Source of the DNA: Deltaproteobacteria bacterium
GTDB lineage: Bacteria; Myxococcota_A; UBA9160; SMWR01
Reading direction: 5' to 3'
Length of the DNA: 41,516 nt
Assembly: GCA_032128115.1 (NCBI GenBank)
Contig: JAQBHB010000017.1
Location: 1 to 41,516 of the forward strand
Both the position numbers and the translations under genes were made by a program. Position 1 is the first letter of the stretch. Every line of letters starts with the position of its first letter. The notes below the pieces were generated by a model that worked only from the letters and a program-made list of their open reading frames with translations, was not told the DNA's origin and ran no database searches. Shown piece after piece: positions 39,085-41,516 of the stretch.

Positions 39085-40290
39085 CTACGTTCCCGACATC
39101 TGCCGGGGTTCGCGAGGCATGCCGAGACCCCGCTCGCTGATGATGTTCTTCTGGATCTGGGCGGTGCCGCCTCCAATGATCAGACCCAGGGTGAACATGT
39201 GGCCGGCCTGCCAGCGCCCGCCGTTGCGCTCGCGAGGAGAACCCTCGTAGAGCGTCCCCAGCTCTCCCATGGCGTCGATGGCCAGGGCGTTCAGCTGGTG
39301 CGACACCTCGCAGCCCGCGAGCTTGGTCACCAGGGCCGCCGTGCCGGGGAACTCACCCACGAGCCGCGCCGTGAGCATGCGCATGGCGTGGAACTTCATG
39401 GCCAGCACGCGCGATTGCAGGCGCATCAATCGATCGCGAAGCACCGGCGAGTCCATGGCCCGGGTTCCGTTGACGGCCTCGCGCTCCATCAGCGCCACTA
39501 CGCCCCGGAAGCTGCCATCCAGGACGCCGCTCGACGCCAGCATGTTGCGCTCGTGGCCCAGCGTCGTGTTGGCGATCTTCCAGCCCTCGCCCCGCTTCCC
39601 CACCACGTTGCTCTTTGGAACGCGCGCTTCCGTGAAGAACACCTCGTTGAATTCAGACTCGCCGGTCATGGTGGCGAGAGGCCGCACCTCGATTCCCGGC
39701 GTGTCCATGGGGATCAGCATGTAGCTCAGGCCCGCGTGCTTCGACGCCTCGGGTTCGGTGCGGATCAGCCCGAACATCATGTCCGACTCGTGGGCCGTGG
39801 TGGTCCAGATCTTCTGGCCGGTGATCAGGAAGTCGGAGCCGTCTTCCACTCCGCGCGTCTGCACGCTGGCGAGGTCGCTTCCCGAGCCCGGCTCCGAGTA
39901 GCCCTGGCACCAGACCAGCTCGCCGCGGAGGGTGGGGCCGATGTACGTCTTCTTCTGGTCTTCGCTGCCCAGCTCGAGCAGCGTGGGCACCAGCATTTCG
40001 GGACCCTGGCCGCCGATGCCACGGGAGACGCCGGCGCGATTCAGCTCCTCTTCGATGATCACTTTCTCGAGGATGTCCGGCGCAGCACCGTAGCCGCCGT
40101 ACTCCCGGGGAATCGTGCGGGCCGCGTAACCGCGCTCGATCAGCAGCGCCTGCCACGCCATGACCGCCGGACTGGCGCGGCCCGCTGCAACCCCCGAGCC
40201 GGACTTCGGCGCACGCTCGCCGTGCTCGGCCAAGAAGACCCGGAGCTGGTCGCGGAAGGCTTCGTACTCGGGGCCGTAGGAAAGATCCAT
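39085..40290 (-). CDS. Acyl-CoA dehydrogenase
   Basis: WCQGYSEPGSGSDLAS, FNEVFF, IGGGTAQIQKNII. Confidence 0.93.
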   Translation of the reverse strand: MDLSYGPEYEAFRDQLRVFLAEHGERAPKSGSGVAAGRASPAVMAWQALLIERGYAARTIPREYGGYGAAPDILEKVIIEEELNRAGVSRGIGGQGPEMLVPTLLELGSEDQKKTYIGPTLRGELVWCQGYSEPGSGSDLASVQTRGVEDGSDFLITGQKIWTTTAHESDMMFGLIRTEPEASKHAGLSYMLIPMDTPGIEVRPLATMTGESEFNEVFFTEARVPKSNVVGKRGEGWKIANTTLGHERNMLASSGVLDGSFRGVVALMEREAVNGTRAMDSPVLRDRLMRLQSRVLAMKFHAMRMLTARLVGEFPGTAALVTKLAGCEVSHQLNALAIDAMGELGTLYEGSPRERNGGRWQAGHMFTLGLIIGGGTAQIQKNIISERGLGMPREPRQMSGT

Positions 40291-40315
40291 GGGGGTAGCC
40301 TCTTCGACTCGAGTG

Positions 40316-41460
40316 TCAGAAGCCCAGCTGCTTGGCCAGATAGTGCATCATCGTCTCGTCCGAGCCGCCGCCGATGCTGCCCAATCGCGAGTCGACGAAG
40401 GCCCGGCCCGCGGCGCTCTCCTTCATGTAGCCGTAGCCGCCGTGGAGCTGGATGCACTCGTCAGCCACCAGCCGCGAGACCCGCGCGCAAAAGAGCTTCG
40501 CCATCGTGATGAGCTGGGTGGCATCGACTCCGTCCACCCGTTGCTCCACGCAGGCCCGGACCAGCTGCTTCGCCGCCGCGAGTTGGGTCCACATCTCCAC
40601 CATCTTGAACTGGGTGTTCTGCATCTTGGCCAGGGGCTTGCCGAAGAGCACGCGCTGCTCGGCCCACTTCCGGGTCTCCTCCCAGAGCGCCTCGGAACCG
40701 GCGACCGAGCCCACGCAGGCCACCAGTCGCTCGTCCTGGAATTGCATCATCTGCTGCTGGAAACCGCGGCCGATCTCGCCAATGGTGTTTGCAAGCGGAA
40801 CGCGCACGTCTTCGAAGAAGAGCTGGCCCGTATCGGAGCCCCAGTTGCCGATCTTGTCCAGCAGCACGTAGCGGAAGCCGGGAGTATCCGTGGGCACCAC
40901 GATCTGCGAGAAGCCCCCGTAACCCGCGTCGGGATCCGTCACCGCCAGCAAGCACAGCCAGTCGGCAGTCGCGGCGTTGGTGATGTAGATCTTCGAGCCG
41001 TTGATCACCCAGTCGTCGCCGTCGCGCACGCCCCGGGTCTTGATCGCTGCCACGTCGGAGCCCGCGTCGGGTTCGGTCACCGCGATGGCCGAGACCATCT
41101 CGCCCGCGATGGCGGGCGCCAGATACTGGCGCTTCAGGTCGTCGCTGCCGAACTGGTGGAGCGACGGAGTCGCCATGTCGGTCTGGACCATGATGCCCAT
41201 GATGACGCCCGCGTTGTCGGAACGACCGAGCTCCTCGAACAGGACGGCCGTGTACGACCAGTCCAGCCCCGCGCCGCCGTAGGCCGGGTCGTAACGAAGG
41301 CCCAGCATGCCCAGGTCGCCCATCTTCTTGTAGAGCGACTTGTCGAAGCGGCCCATCTCGTCGAACTCCCGGGCCCGGGGTCGCAGCTCCACGTCGACGA
41401 ACCTGCGGACGGTGTCGCGAAGCTCTCGTGCTCCGGCGTGGCGTAGAGATCTCGTGCCAT
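40316..41460 (-). pseudogene. Acyl-CoA dehydrogenase (AtuD-like) with apparent frameshift (one base missing) near 41420
   Basis: MARDLYATPEHE in one frame continues as LRDTVRRFV in another; TEPDAGSD, QFQDERL, IGGGSDE. Confidence 0.75.
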
Positions 41461-41516
41461 CAGCCATCCCCCTCGGCCGCCCACGGGGCCTGGCTCCGGG
41501 TCAGAAAGGCTTTCAT

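Overview
GC-rich bacterial chromosomal segment, probably from a diderm (PEP-CTERM proteins, sigma54-type promoters; a Myxococcota/Binatota-like host is only a guess). (1) 1-7202: complete integron with an intact IntI, attI, a candidate Pc and at least 9 minus-strand cassettes delimited by 115-135 bp attC sites. Cargo: membrane proteins, a secreted protein, a GH-A-like lipoprotein, an inverted BrnTA module and one apparently ORF-less cassette. Every complete attC carries a (T/C)GGTAnnnT-like extended -10 motif facing the next cassette. (2) 9232-16727: steroid side-chain degradation operon resembling the mycobacterial igr/fadA5/ddn locus, preceded by a perfect KstR-type operator. (3) 17624-18717: Y1 HUH (RAYT-like) transposase gene bounded by perfect 25-bp inverted repeats. 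(4) ~24460-29740: probable island between duplicated 3' halves of a VOC gene, with cell-surface enzymes and a CdaA-YbbR diadenylate cyclase bracketed by 105-bp direct repeats, one fused to a tmRNA 3' fragment. (5) The remainder is lipid/acyl-CoA and F420/flavin catabolic genes, plus a GAF-Fis regulator lacking its AAA+ domain coupled to an AHL-lactonase-family gene. Family calls come from motif recognition by eye, not database searches.
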